Shown piece after piece: positions 36,401 to 47,205 of a stretch of 64,000 nt of DNA; within the stretch, counting starts at the first letter, position 1; every line of letters starts with the position of its first letter. Location of the stretch: the NCBI GenBank assembly GCA_002633005.1, contig NMRA01000027.1, forward strand, positions 161,265 to 225,264. The letters run 5' to 3'. The notes under the pieces were generated by a model, which searched no databases, was not told where the DNA came from, and saw only the letters and a list, made by a program, of their open reading frames with translations. The position numbers and the translations under genes are program-made. The DNA is from Phoronis australis (lineage: Eukaryota > Animalia > Phoronida).

Positions 36401-36777
36401 AAGTTCAAATGGTTAACATAAAATTCATTGAATATAATACCGCTGCTTTAGATCATTATGTGGAGGGTTTTCTAAGGGAAAGTGTTTTCAACTTCTACTG
36501 TGTTACAATCGCAATAAAGCATGACCTAGTCCTGTCTTCCTTTTACAAAACCGTAAAATTGTGAATTCACAAATTGCAAAAATGTACCTTTTAAAGATAT
36601 CTGTATCGAAATGTGTAAATGCATTACTCTTATCCTTATTCAAGTACATTGTATTGGCTAGTTTTTAATTACCACTTTTGTTGTATTTTTCAGATCGAGG
36701 CTTTGTGTTTAAACACCATACCTGCTGTGGCCAAGCATGCAACCATTGCCGTGAGATCCATAACGTGGAAACCTTGA
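24315..36777 (+). CDS. RSPH14: Radial spoke head 14 homolog (RTDR1), armadillo-repeat ciliary protein; 9 coding exons, 1023 nt, 340 aa
   Basis: join(24315-24407,26394-26499,26912-26998,31207-31341,31881-31957,32481-32629,33094-33210,34095-34269,36694-36777). All introns GT-AG with consistent phases. Motifs AYGDRALPRL, TRQRAVKALC..LHD, HAVGRDAFL, EFILDTL, VKANAAGA, TEGKY, EAPEGR and C-terminal WKP match RSPH14 as I recall it. Confidence 0.93.
24488..24902. mobile_element. MITE, PIF/Harbinger-like termini
   Basis: Imperfect TIRs gtccac(acac)agatttaccctggaacaa ... ttgttctagggtaagtctgtggac, with internal acaacttgcacc repeats. TSD unclear. Confidence 0.5.
25097..26085. repeat. 38-bp minisatellite (tgttttgtgttcaatctgtgccatatctgtcctcaggc), ~26 copies, intronic
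   Basis: Homogeneous core with degenerate edges. Translations repeat every 38 aa (3 units). Confidence 0.97.
26394..26499 (+). CDS. RSPH14: RSPH14 coding exon 2
   Basis: tttccag|NIELNDSTLVTRQRAVKALCNHLHDCENIAEALRV-G|gtaagt. Confidence 0.92.
26912..26998 (+). CDS. RSPH14: RSPH14 coding exon 3
   Basis: tacaag|IAESLKTLLSDPDITVRQKATESLYVIG|gtgagt. Confidence 0.9.
27884..29359 (-). mobile_element. Non-autonomous Tc2/pogo-like DNA transposon carrying a decayed HIRAN-like ORF
   Basis: TIRs ctgtattcgccctaataaccgccc / gggcggttattagtgcgaatacag, TA on the left (aa on the right), subterminal taagcgccc repeats. Minus strand ~28020-28320 reads IRGFHVYKEVWIP...IVGHIPRKI..LKCIVT..GLQI. Confidence 0.7.
29414..31012 (-). 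mobile_element. Non-autonomous Kolobok DNA transposon, copy 1 (THAP remnant)
   Basis: Perfect 18-bp TIR aggagaatgccacccaaa, TTAA TSD (29410-13 and 31013-16), AG...CT ends. THAP-like ORF 30649-30915 (CIVSACPN..SFFRLP..W). Confidence 0.88.
31207..31341 (+). CDS. RSPH14: RSPH14 coding exon 4
   Basis: atacag|HAVGRDAFLDFDIIEPLSLLFDDPEDIARLNAHKAIEIVSETPP|gtgagt. Confidence 0.92.
31881..31957 (+). CDS. RSPH14: RSPH14 coding exon 5
   Basis: ttttag|AEGIVEAGLVPKLVLKLKDEHDEIK|gtaagt. Confidence 0.92.
32481..32629 (+). CDS. RSPH14: RSPH14 coding exon 6
   Basis: tttcag|EFILDTLHFCMRVDTTDALASEGMEMFTSLLAHESHTIRAKAARDIMDL|gtatta. Confidence 0.92.
33094..33210 (+). CDS. RSPH14: RSPH14 coding exon 7
   Basis: ttccag|VPLSGKKKAVKCDSIAQLVPLLLDQKTSVKANAAGAIM|gtacgt. 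A duplicate acceptor lies 56 nt upstream. Confidence 0.9.
34095..34269 (+). CDS. RSPH14: RSPH14 coding exon 8
   Basis: ttttag|ITITTEGKYNAIKNGAIENLVELVEDFNSEVKVNSLKALTCLSEAPEGRAALLPHVEK|gttagt. Confidence 0.92.
35211..35369. mobile_element. Short GC-rich-ended MITE (CAGGGGCGGATCCAG type)
   Basis: Left end caggggcggatccaggatttt; degenerate right end ccccccccttaaattcaccacag. Confidence 0.5.
35371..36107. repeat. 22-bp minisatellite (cttagtaytccttaccatgata), ~33 copies
   Basis: Tandem period of 22 in the last RSPH14 intron. Confidence 0.96.
36694..36777 (+). CDS. RSPH14: RSPH14 terminal coding exon 9
   Basis: tttcag|IEALCLNTIPAVAKHATIAVRSITWKP-TGA. AATAAA at 36797 and 36939. Confidence 0.92.
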   Translation: MEALCLNTIPAVAKHATIAVRSITWKP

Positions 36778-39371
36778 GTACATTGTGAATCTATCAAATA
36801 AAGTTTTGCTGTATCATCAATCATGAAGGCGTTGGAATCATAAAAGCGAGGCAATGTAGAATTCGCTCCAAAATCATGACTGTATTTCATTATTTCTGCT
36901 AAGTTATCAAAAAGTATATGTGTATATAGCATTTTGTAAATAAATTATTTTAATATTTTAACTTTATTTTTCTTGTTTTGAACACTGAAAATTATTCCTT
37001 AATATTAAGTGTGCAATTTTTGAAACAGGTGCACAGGGGTTGGACAACTTCAATGACTCCCGTTGTGAAGTCGCTATGATTTCGATGTTCTTGAATAGGC
37101 AACGAATCCTGTCACGACAAGGAGCATCGATGAAACCGATTTTATGGTATTACAAGGTCAAATTAGCTACCTAAACATGGCAATATGCAGCTTATGCAGT
37201 CAAGGGGTGGCTAAGCAAAGACAAATGTCGCAACAATATTACTAAACCATTTTTGTCTTAAAGCTATGACTCTATAGAAACGATCTTGCCTAAACAAATA
37301 TTAGCAGGAAGAGATAACCAGGAAGGGACAACTAGCTAAACCGCCGTTTTTGGCCTCCTTCACCGGACTAATCTCAGGACTTAAGTTTTGTTTAAAAGAA
37401 AACAGACGATTTTATCAGAAAGATTAAAGCTTTATCTATAGAAGGATATCAAAAAAAACTCACTTTGCAACCTTAAACAGTGGTGTAATTGTACTTTGAA
37501 AATATCGACTTCAGCGCACACAATCGCAACTTCCCACACGCAGTCACGGGTATTTTTAAATACTTAAAAGCTTTTCCGTCGATGTATAGATGGCGCAGTA
37601 GTCAAGTACTCCCTCATTTGCATATCAAATTTGCATGTGGGAGTTCTGAGACTCTCGTCAGTTTAGTTGTTGTCGAGCGCTTGAGTGGATAAAGCGGTGA
37701 CCTCCCGCTGAGAGCACGCGCTGATGAAGATACCACAGCTAACTCGATCGCTTCGCAATCAGGAAGTGAAAACACTCTCCTGACCGCAGTTCTGACTTCC
37801 AGCTAAGCAAGCCCTATTTCGAGGAGCGGACTTTGAATTGTTTTCGTCCCCACACTGTGGATTGCAGAGAAGATTAGAATGAGGTCAACATCGAACTTTC
37901 TGCGGCTACCCATCGTGTTGACAAAAGTTTGAAGTGTCAGAACCATAGACGGAGCGCGCGGGATGTCTATGATTCCTGTTCTTCTTCAGTTGACGAAAAC
38001 ATTGCTATAGGGATTGGGCATAAAGAATGACCGTGGGAAATTCATTTTGAGGTGGACACCTGTATCCAAGAATAAATATTAATATTCTGTAATATCTCAC
38101 CTTCCGCGTTTCGTTTCTTTGACGTTGTTTGAGGTTGCGGTATCGTGAAACAACGCTGTCGGATGAGAGTAGTTGCACCGAATAACTGGAATTGGCTGCA
38201 GTTCTTTCCTTTAGAATGCCCGGACTCGACTGTGCCATTTCCTTGGCAAGTCTCTTGCCTGCCAAAATTTTTCTGAGCATTGAAGACATCGGCCTTCTCC
38301 TGCGCCAATCAACCTTTTATCTGCAACAGAAATGTTATGCCTAGTTTTCTACCATGTTAGCACACTTTGTGGCTCTGCTACAATTACTGTAGCACTGACA
38401 TAATCGTATTTCTTAATTTCGCCACAGTATGCATACTTTTGCTAAGTGTTTTTCCAAATTAAGCCACAACAGTTGTTCATCATTAAATGCCTCAGATTCC
38501 TCGACGCAATGGACATTTCCGTAAACACAAAACGCACCCTTGCCATTCTTAAAAATTCGTATATATGTGCTATAATTGCTTCGAAGGACCGGCAGTAACC
38601 GTGGCTGGAATGTCGGCAGCTTCGCGACTAAGTCTACAGCTAACTCCTGTTGAAATTCTCCATACTTCAAAATTCTTGTTTGCAGGTGCTGGTAATTGCA
38701 TTCAATGGTTTTCATAATAAGAGACTAGAAATCCGAGATGTCACACACGCCCACTGGCCATACATTTTCACTGGCCACCTTGCTACAGTCGACTTGCGCA
38801 ATAGCCGAATTAGTGTCCACATTTGTGGTCACGTGCCGGGTACAGGCCCATGACTACGAGACAAGTTGCAGCAACAAATTCAGTACGAATCCATAAACCC
38901 TTTTACACGCACAATTAAATGCGCAAAACTGCTCCTGTATTTCTTAAACCTTTAATTTGATGCTCAAGCTATACAACGAGCGCGTGTTGAAACACACCAT
39001 TGACCATGGACCAAAGATGGATTCCTTGCGTCAGGACCTTAGCAAGCGGGGGGAGAGCGAGTGCCACCCCCCAAAAAACGCATGCATCAGGGTTAAACCA
39101 TGGCAACCGACAAAAGTGTGGGGCTGGGGAAAGACAAAAAAGAAAGACTTCGAATACTGATCAGAGAGAAAACTCAAGAGAACTTTGACAACTCGGTATC
39201 AGTGTTTGGTTTACCATTTGAGGGCCCTGACCAGGACAATTGTTGTTAGGGTCTCCGTTTCTCCAGCATAGGTCGTCTAAGCGCTCTTCAAAATGTGCAC
39301 TTAATCATTCATACATGTATTTCGAAAATTCGAGAAAATTTGTAAAGCAAAAATTTTGCGGAGCGTATTAA

Positions 39372-41320
39372 AGAAGCTTGCCACCCAAAAAACAACCTAA
39401 TTTGTATCAATTTAGATAGAGTAGTTCTACTCCATAACGGCACGCACGGTTGCGTTACCTAACACCTGACGGCAGACTGAGGTATTGAAGTTATCCAATG
39501 ACATAATTGGTTTCACACGCAGTCTGTTCAGCAGTTCACAACACGGGTTACTGGTGTCAGCTTCTCGCTTGAATTCATCGTTTTACAGCAATAAAGCATC
39601 AAACTTCGATTTAAAACCCTTAAAAATACACCGAGTTCTTATAAAAACGTGTTGTTTTATTTCGCTGTTACGGATTTATTGGTATTTGGACACGGCCGTA
39701 GCCTACAACGGTTCGGCAGGCCAATAAGGTCCGTAGCAGGAGTTTGGGGTCTGTTCGGAGATAAATTCGAAGTGTTATTCCCTGAGATACAGACAGGAGA
39801 ACCTAGTCTGTGTTGTTTAGAATTGTGATTTTTTGAGTTCTAAACACGCAAAACGCTCGTTATCCTGGCCAGAGCTCCGGGAGCCCGATCAGGCACGTCG
39901 CGGCCGGCGGATTGACTCGTTATCTGGACCAGTGGCTCGGAAACTTATCAGACATCACGAACATATACCAGCCAAAGTTGGAAACTAAACTTTAAGTCAG
40001 GAAAATACTATACTAGTGAGCCAAAGTAATGTTCACCTGATTATGTTGGTGAATTAGCCACGAAACTGCAAATTTAATTACTCGTCGGGGCCGGCGAATT
40101 CAGATTCCGCTTTGTCCACAGCACCGTCAGCATGCGCGCACCCAGCCTTCAATGGTGGCGGGGGGGGCTCGAATTTCTGACGTTGTTGACCTTTTGGTAA
40201 CAAAAAAGCGGGTGAGCTAAAAAAAGGGGGGGCACCACTGCGAATTGCGCGATTGTGCTTATTTAGAGGACTTTAGTCTCATTTTCTCGGACTTTTTGTT
40301 TCCCAGAGGCGGACCTTTTTGCCCACTTCGCCACTTTGCCCGCGTTCGAGCCCCCGAGCCCCCCTGGGTGCGCGCATGGTCAGGGCAGAAGTTGTACATT
40401 GACAATCATTATTTGAATAATTTAATTATTAATAAAGATTCATCTAACACCTGGCCGTGGGATGGAAATCGAGTTGTTTCACAACAGTTTCTGCCATCAA
40501 ACACTAAATTAGCATGAGCTCACACGGCCTCGGTGTCCCGTCAATTAATTTTATTGCAGCTGAAGCCGGTAACGCATTGATTTATTCATTGCTGGCTTCT
40601 CAAATCATTTACACTCAGGAACACTCCAAAGGCATTACAAATTGCATCTAATGAGACAGACTTTGTTTCAGTTTTATATTAGTATTGGTTAGGGTGAGAA
40701 TAATTCATTTTGAAACAGAACGCTCAGTGATAAACATCAACATGGCAACTCGCAATCCCCCGCGACCGTCGGACGAGAGCTCATCAGTCCCGACGAAGAC
40801 TTCGCAGGTGGATCGTTAGGTTTCACAGGCTATCAGTTCGAACAGGAATACAGCGATGAAGGAATACTAAAGAGGGGCCGTGAATAAGCTCAAATAACGG
40901 AACGTAGGGATAGTTATTTGGCAAGCTGGCATTCGTCAGGCACTCACGCGGCTGTCCACTACTGCAGGCCACAGACAAGGAGATGTTCCACGGCCTCGTA
41001 CTTGCTAGTTACAGCGTACTTTTCATTCTTCACTACTGCGATCCACTTCCTAAACATTTCGGACTCTCGTGGAAGTCGAAAAAACGATATACCCGCTTTC
41101 CTCGCAGCTGCATATTTTGCACAAGCGGAAACGATGCACCGCAACATAGCGGCATTCACTCTGCAGATGAACCACTGACGTCGCTAGCGTCGTTTCTCAC
41201 CTTCCTCACAGGTTAACGCGACACCTCTTGCCAAGGTAAAGTCGACCGTGTGCGAGGCGATGTAGATATAGACCGATTAATAAGGCAAAAAAGACTAATT
41301 AAATCGGGTGGCATTCTCCT
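39372..41320 (-). mobile_element. Non-autonomous Kolobok copy 2 (more diverged, contains a MITE)
   Basis: TTAA at 39368-71 and 41321-24, degenerate left TIR, intact right TIR, colinear with copy 1. THAP ORF at 40959-41159. Confidence 0.87.
40131..40378. mobile_element. 248-bp MITE with 5-bp TSD (hAT5-like)
   Basis: Perfect 15-bp TIR catgcgcgcacccag, TSD gtcag (40126-30 and 40379-83). Absent at the homologous site of Kolobok copies 1 and 3. Confidence 0.85.
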
Positions 41321-44300
41321 TTAATTCAGTCCAAGTTTTTCAGTGGTCCATAGGCGGTGCACTACAGGGGGGCTGAGGGGGCTTTAGCCCACACTTTTTT
41401 CAGTGCTGCGCCCTCTATACACATTCGACATGACACTGCCAACTACTCACGAGGGGAAGTTCAGATTCCAAATTCATCAAAAACGCAAAACATTCGTGCA
41501 CAGCACAGAAGCTGTCTTGTAAGAAATGGCGATGCGTCTCTGAACTTAGTTGAAGGCTGAAGGCTGACTTGCAAAAATTCGATCCATCATGAGACCACCA
41601 TTTCGCAAAGAAGGACACTAAATGATAACAGTGATATTCATGAATGTATTGAATTAAAAACTAGACTAAAGAAATTCAAAAATTTACAAACCGTAGATCG
41701 GATTTGGAAAGATTGTCTTTGCATTCCCTTGATGCTTGTAGTTCCCAGTAGTATTGTGCAATGAATTTAGGTTCTTCTAAACCGAATCGTTTGCTTGACA
41801 TTCTCGTGCATACTGCAAAGGCTGGACACGTCGTGACTCAGTGACGAACCCACGTTAAAAATAAGGTGTAGTCATGCAGTAGGCTGCCCGCGTAGAATCC
41901 GCGCACAGTGATTGAAGGGAAAAGAGCTTGAACTGCATGGGTTGAAGTGTACGTGTGCATTTTTGGAACACGCCTTCCATAGCGCAGCATTTTCCCTAGC
42001 TGCACGACAGAAGCTGGACCAGTGGCCGTGTTTCAACAAGGAATTTTGATACAGCTTTATAGGCCAAGGATTTCGGGATCATATCTTTCAAAAAAAATCT
42101 TCAGGAAATGACCGTATTAAAATGAACTTTTCCCGAAACTGGGTCAAACAAAACGACCTTGGAGCCAGAACACGGGTATAGGTTCGAGTTAAGCCGCACG
42201 TCTCAAATGAATCATAGCGGAGCTGACCAGCGACTAGCATTAGTTCGTCGAATTGCGCATGCATGGATCAGACTTCCCGGCGACTCGGACGCCACTGACG
42301 ACACCGGCCACCGTGGCGGGAGCATCTAATTTCTTGACTAACACTTGCTTCTAAATAGGGATTTAAGCAAAATGACAAAGTCCACGCTAACACACATGCA
42401 AGCGTATCCAAGTACAAAAATTAAATGTATTTTCATGTGAAAACATTCAATGTTCTTTGAACATTGACTTGTGTGAGTTCTTAATTTTCTTAAAACTGCC
42501 CAATCAGGTAGAACTGTATTTCAAGTCATTCACTATAGGCACCTGAGGGTTCAAATTGGAAGTTCGCGTCGTATGACGTCGTATGACGTCATATAACGTA
42601 GGAGATGCAAGCCTCATTTGCATATATTAGTGACATCTGTTGGTTCAAAAAAGAGGATCATGCCTGAGTACATGCCTGGGAAGAGACATCTTTTGGAAGG
42701 GTAAAACAAGTCATGTTCAAAGCATCCTAGTGCCAGTAATATGGAGTCTTTGAGGACCAAAGTGGTGTCATTTTATAGCTAAAGAGTTAAGCTTTCAAAC
42801 ACAGACGACTCTAACATTTACTTTTGAAATCACTTTTGAAAACACTTTAAAATGCGCTAAAACAGTTGTCCCTTCCTGGTTATCTCTTCCTGATATTTAA
42901 TTAGCTAATATAATATTAGCTACTATGTCGTCCTGAGGTAGTATTCCGAGAGAGCGGCAAATTCCAACGTCATGTAAAAGCATTCTCGGTTCACGACTTA
43001 AATAGGCTGTCTTGTAAATATCAGACTACATCAGTGTATTAGTGATGGGAATACTATTGTACTGTTTGTTTTCGGTGTACCGTTGTGACGATTGGGTTAC
43101 GGTAATTTATCACCTGAACTTGTATTTGTATGTCAAGTAATCAGCGCCTATCAGCTAGCGAGTTAGCAATGTCGAATGCTTGCTGAAAATATGCATAAAT
43201 TTCTTCCCATGAGATAAATTAATTGGAAGAAATTATACGGATCTTCAGCAAGCAATGCCGACATCCATGCTATCTTCTCTCTAGTTGATATCGTGCGAGA
43301 TACATGTAGCGGAAAGCTGATTACCATAGAACCGTGAACGCGCACGGGCAAAATCGAGATGCGCTATCTCGATGTATATCTTAGAACGACAGAAAGTCTG
43401 TAATAATACAACACAAATAGTATTGTCTTCCTGATAAGTACTGATAAACTACTTGAAGTAGCGATAAACCTGTCCTGTCAAAACCCGAAACTTTTGGTTG
43501 AAGCCGCTTACCGCTATAAAATTTTTCTCATTTTTTGTTTTTACTCAAATAAGCAATGATTTCTTGACTCGAGTAAAAAAACTAATAGGCCGATGCTGCT
43601 TCATGGGAATTGTTACTGCAGAATTAACTATGACCGTAGTCGAGTTCCATTATGTTCTAACGTCCTAGCTCATTTAGCCATGTGTCACTGCGGGTTTGGT
43701 TTCAGCTCAGACCAGTATTGCTAATTTATTGATCTGAGGTTTCCTAGGCCAATTCTAAAGTACTGGCAGGGAATTCCGTGCGATTTACTGTGGTCAAATG
43801 CAGTTACTTTGGAAGAGCAAATGCCCGCATCGTTGGTGTGACCACACGATTTGTAGAGGCGTGAGCGTGAGCTGTCTCAGATAGTTCATGTGGGGGTCTC
43901 TCTTCGCCCACCTTCCCAGAGATTATATTTTGTGTCCCAGTCTTCGGCTACTGTCATAGACCAAGTAAGCCTCCCGACCAAGTTAACTTGGGCGGCTTAC
44001 ACGGTCGGACCTCGCAAACCAAGTAGATATCTCCGACCAAGTGACAATGTACCGTTGGTGTATAGTGTTATAGTGAACAGGTCTGACCAAATTTCATTTT
44101 TATGGGCTTTTTATCACTTGAGTTACTCATATGGTGCAAAAATATATGTGGTCGACAAAAATCTTCATTTGAATCCTTTGAACAAGCCGATAATAGAGTA
44201 ATTAAGTTACTGAGCCGGCAGCCAGTGCAGACTGGAGCCAAAATGCGCAAAGCAGACAAATCGAACACTTAAATTTCACATATGATTTCACTCTTTGCAT

Positions 44301-44959
44301 CTGCTCTTCTCTAGAGATCGAGTTATCAACCAAATTTTACGGCTGCATATGCTGTAGTTTTGCTTGCAGATTTACTTGGTCCGGTCTCGGGCAGGCCGGC
44401 CCGAGTGCGCTGTGACGTAGGCTATACATGTACTTTATCGAAGTCGCAGAATAGAAATATTTCATAGGTTCTTTGATTTCTTCTTCAATGACCCTTCTTC
44501 TATTCACAACCTCAATTTTTGTAATCGTTTTTCCTGCTTTTCACTGTTCATAAAAATAAAACATTAATTTCTTGAATCGTTCATATGGTTTCGCGAGTGC
44601 CGGGCACCCGGCCACCGGGGCGCTGGCCTAGAGTACTTACTACAACTACCGAAGTTTTGATAATTCTCGGTGGCAAATTTTTTGTCTATATTTGTAATTA
44701 GTGACCATTTACAACTTCATTCGTTCCACAGAATACAATCACCGACGCCTCATTTGCGTCTCAAAATCTAAAGTTTCTTTTTAAGTTTTGCAATGGCTAT
44801 CATGGTGTAGTTGAGACGCCGGCAATACTTGGCGCAATGAAAAGTAATTAATTTCGTTTGGCAAGTACCCAGCAGTTCCAACAACACGATAACCTCTGGT
44901 ACAAGTCTTTAGAAAGTTGTCAATTTTTTTACAGCTCAATAAGCTGTAGTTTGCGGGCA

Positions 44960-45499
44960 GGTTAGGGTAAGGGTTAGGGTTAGGGTTAGGGTAGGGGTTG
45001 GGCTTGGGCTTCGGGTTGGAGTTGAGGATGGGTTTGGGGTTGGGGTTGGGGTAGGGTTTGGGGTTGGGGTANNNNNNNNNNNNNNNNNNNNNNNNNNNNN
45101 NNNNNNNNNNNNNNNNNNNNNNNNNNNNNNNNNNNNNNNNNNNNNNNNNNNNNNNNNNNNNNNNNNNNNNNNNNNNNNNNNNNNNNNNNNNNNNNNNNNN
45201 NNNNNNNNNNNNNNNNNNNNNNNNNNNNNNNNNNNNNNNNNNNNNNNNNNNNNNNNNNNNNNNNNNNNNNNNNNNNNNNNNNNNNNNNNNNNNNNNNNNN
45301 NNNNNNNNNNNNNNNNNNNNNNNNNNNNNNNNNNNNNNNNNNNNNNNNNNNNNNNNNNNNNNNNNNNNNNNNNNNNNNNNNNNNNNNNNNNNNNNNNNNN
45401 NNNNNNNNNNNNNNNNNNNNNNNNNNNNNNNNNNNNNNNNNNNNNNNNNNNNNNNNNNTAGGGTTAGAGGTTGGGGTTGGGGTTAAGGTTGGGGGTTGG
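44960..45499 (+). repeat. Interstitial telomere-like (TTAGGG/TTGGGG)n tract spanning an assembly gap (N 45072-45458)
   Basis: gttagggtaagggttagggttagggttaggg degenerating into ttgggg units; G-rich on the same strand on both sides of the gap. Confidence 0.85.
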
Positions 45500-45516
45500 A
45501 GTCAGAAGTGAGGAGG

Positions 45517-46782
45517 CCATGATACTTAGTATTCCTTACCATGATACTTAGTACTCCTTACAATGGTACTTAGTATTCCTTACCATGATACTTAGTACTC
45601 CTTACAATGATATTTTGTATTCCTTACCATGTTACTTAATACTTCTTACCATGCTCCTTATTATTCCTTACCATGATACTAAGTACTCCTGAAAATGATA
45701 CTTAGTATTCCTTACCATGATACTTAGTATTCCTTACAATGATACTTAGTATTCCTTACCATGATACTTAGTATTCCTTACAATGATACTTAGTATTCCT
45801 TAGCTTAATTAGTACTCCTTAGCATGATACTTAGTAATCCATAACATGATTCTTAGTATTCCTTACCTTTATACCACTTGATTTTGGGTTAACATTAAGA
45901 ACATCAAAACCATGAGTAACTCAAGAAAGTGCTTCAAATGTTTTGTGGTTGGACAATGCTTTATATTTATTCTCTCTAAACAGGCCTCCAGACAGCATTA
46001 TAATATTTAAGCATTCGAAGAACAAAGAGCCTGCGCAGTAGTTTATCAAATAAACTATCCACGAAATGTATATCAGCTTGTTCACAATAATTTTCTGTGT
46101 TCACAATCAATTTGTCTGCATGTCTCAAAATTTTGATGCTTTTTGTCTACAGTAGCCTTTCAAATTCAAATGGTTAACATAAAATTCATTGAATATAATA
46201 CCGCTGCTTTAGATCATTATATGGAGGGTTTTCTAAGGGAAAGTGTTTTTCAACTTCTACTGTGTTACAATCGCAATAAAGCATGACCTAGTCCTGTCTT
46301 CCTTTTACAAAACCGTAAAATTGTGAATTCACAAATTGCAAAAATGTACCTTTTAAAGATATCTGTATCGAAATGTGTAAATGCATTACTCTTATCCTTA
46401 TTCAAGTACATTGTATTGGTTAGTTTTTAATTACCACTTTTGTTGTATTTTTCAGATCGAGGCTTTGTGTTTAAACACCATACCTGCTGTGGCCAAGCTG
46501 TGAGATCCATAACGTGGAAACCTTGAGTGCATTGTGAATCTATCAAATAAAGTTTTGCTGTATCGTCAATCATGAAGGCGTTGGAATCACAAAAGCGAGG
46601 CAATGTAGAATTCGCTCCAAAATCATGACTGTATTTCATTATTTCTGCTAAGTTATCAAAAAGTATATGTGTATGTAGCATTTTGTAAATAAATTATTAA
46701 AATATTTTAACTTTATTTTTCTTGTTTTGAACACTGAAAATTATTCCTTAATATTAAGTGTGCAATTTTTGAAACAGGTGCA
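45517..46782 (+). pseudogene. RSPH14: Duplicate of the RSPH14 last intron 3' part, terminal exon (13-bp deletion) and 3' UTR
   Basis: Near-identical to ~35770-37033, including the 22-bp minisatellite (45517-45868). Exon copy from 46456 reads IEALCLNTIPAVAKL-TGA (46501-46503). Confidence 0.9.
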
Positions 46783-47205
46783 TTTTAAGAAATTTTGAAC
46801 AGAACTACCTTTCAATGTTATAGTGCCATGCTTAGGCAGGTCAAAAACGACCAGCATCAAAGTAAAAAAAAATAAGAATGAAATGGTTTATTAAGCCAAA
46901 GGGAACACATATGAGCTCCATTCGACCAAGGTAGAACTGTAAAAAAGGAGAGCATGGCTCGATTTTTTGTAAGAATCACAAAATGAAAACATTCAATACG
47001 CATCGTCATGGTGTCAAAGGAGATGTTAAAAAGTAGTTTTCTTTCATTTAAACAGGCTGGATATAACTTGAAAATAAGTTAGTGTCATTTGTAATGATGT
47101 TTTTGCAAAGCTTGTGAATTCCCAATAGCACTGTTGCCAGTGAGAGTTACTGAACTGGCACCAGTTAGTGATCAATATTTGCTACATTTATTCCAAGAAA
47201 TACCA

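Larger units (their letters stand above)
37305..42892 (-). mobile_element. 5.6-kb TIR DNA transposon, possibly P-superfamily, decayed
   Basis: Perfect 29-bp TIR caggaagagataaccaggaagggacaact (37305-37333 and 42864-42892). Flanks atattag/atattta. Broken minus-strand coding remnants near 37900-38300 loosely resemble P-type transposase; the superfamily call is tentative. Confidence 0.7.

Noticed and set aside
45058-45486. 142-aa ORF, or a true chromosome end
   Set aside because: The ORF is the N gap. The telomere-like repeats are short, degenerate and followed by more sequence.
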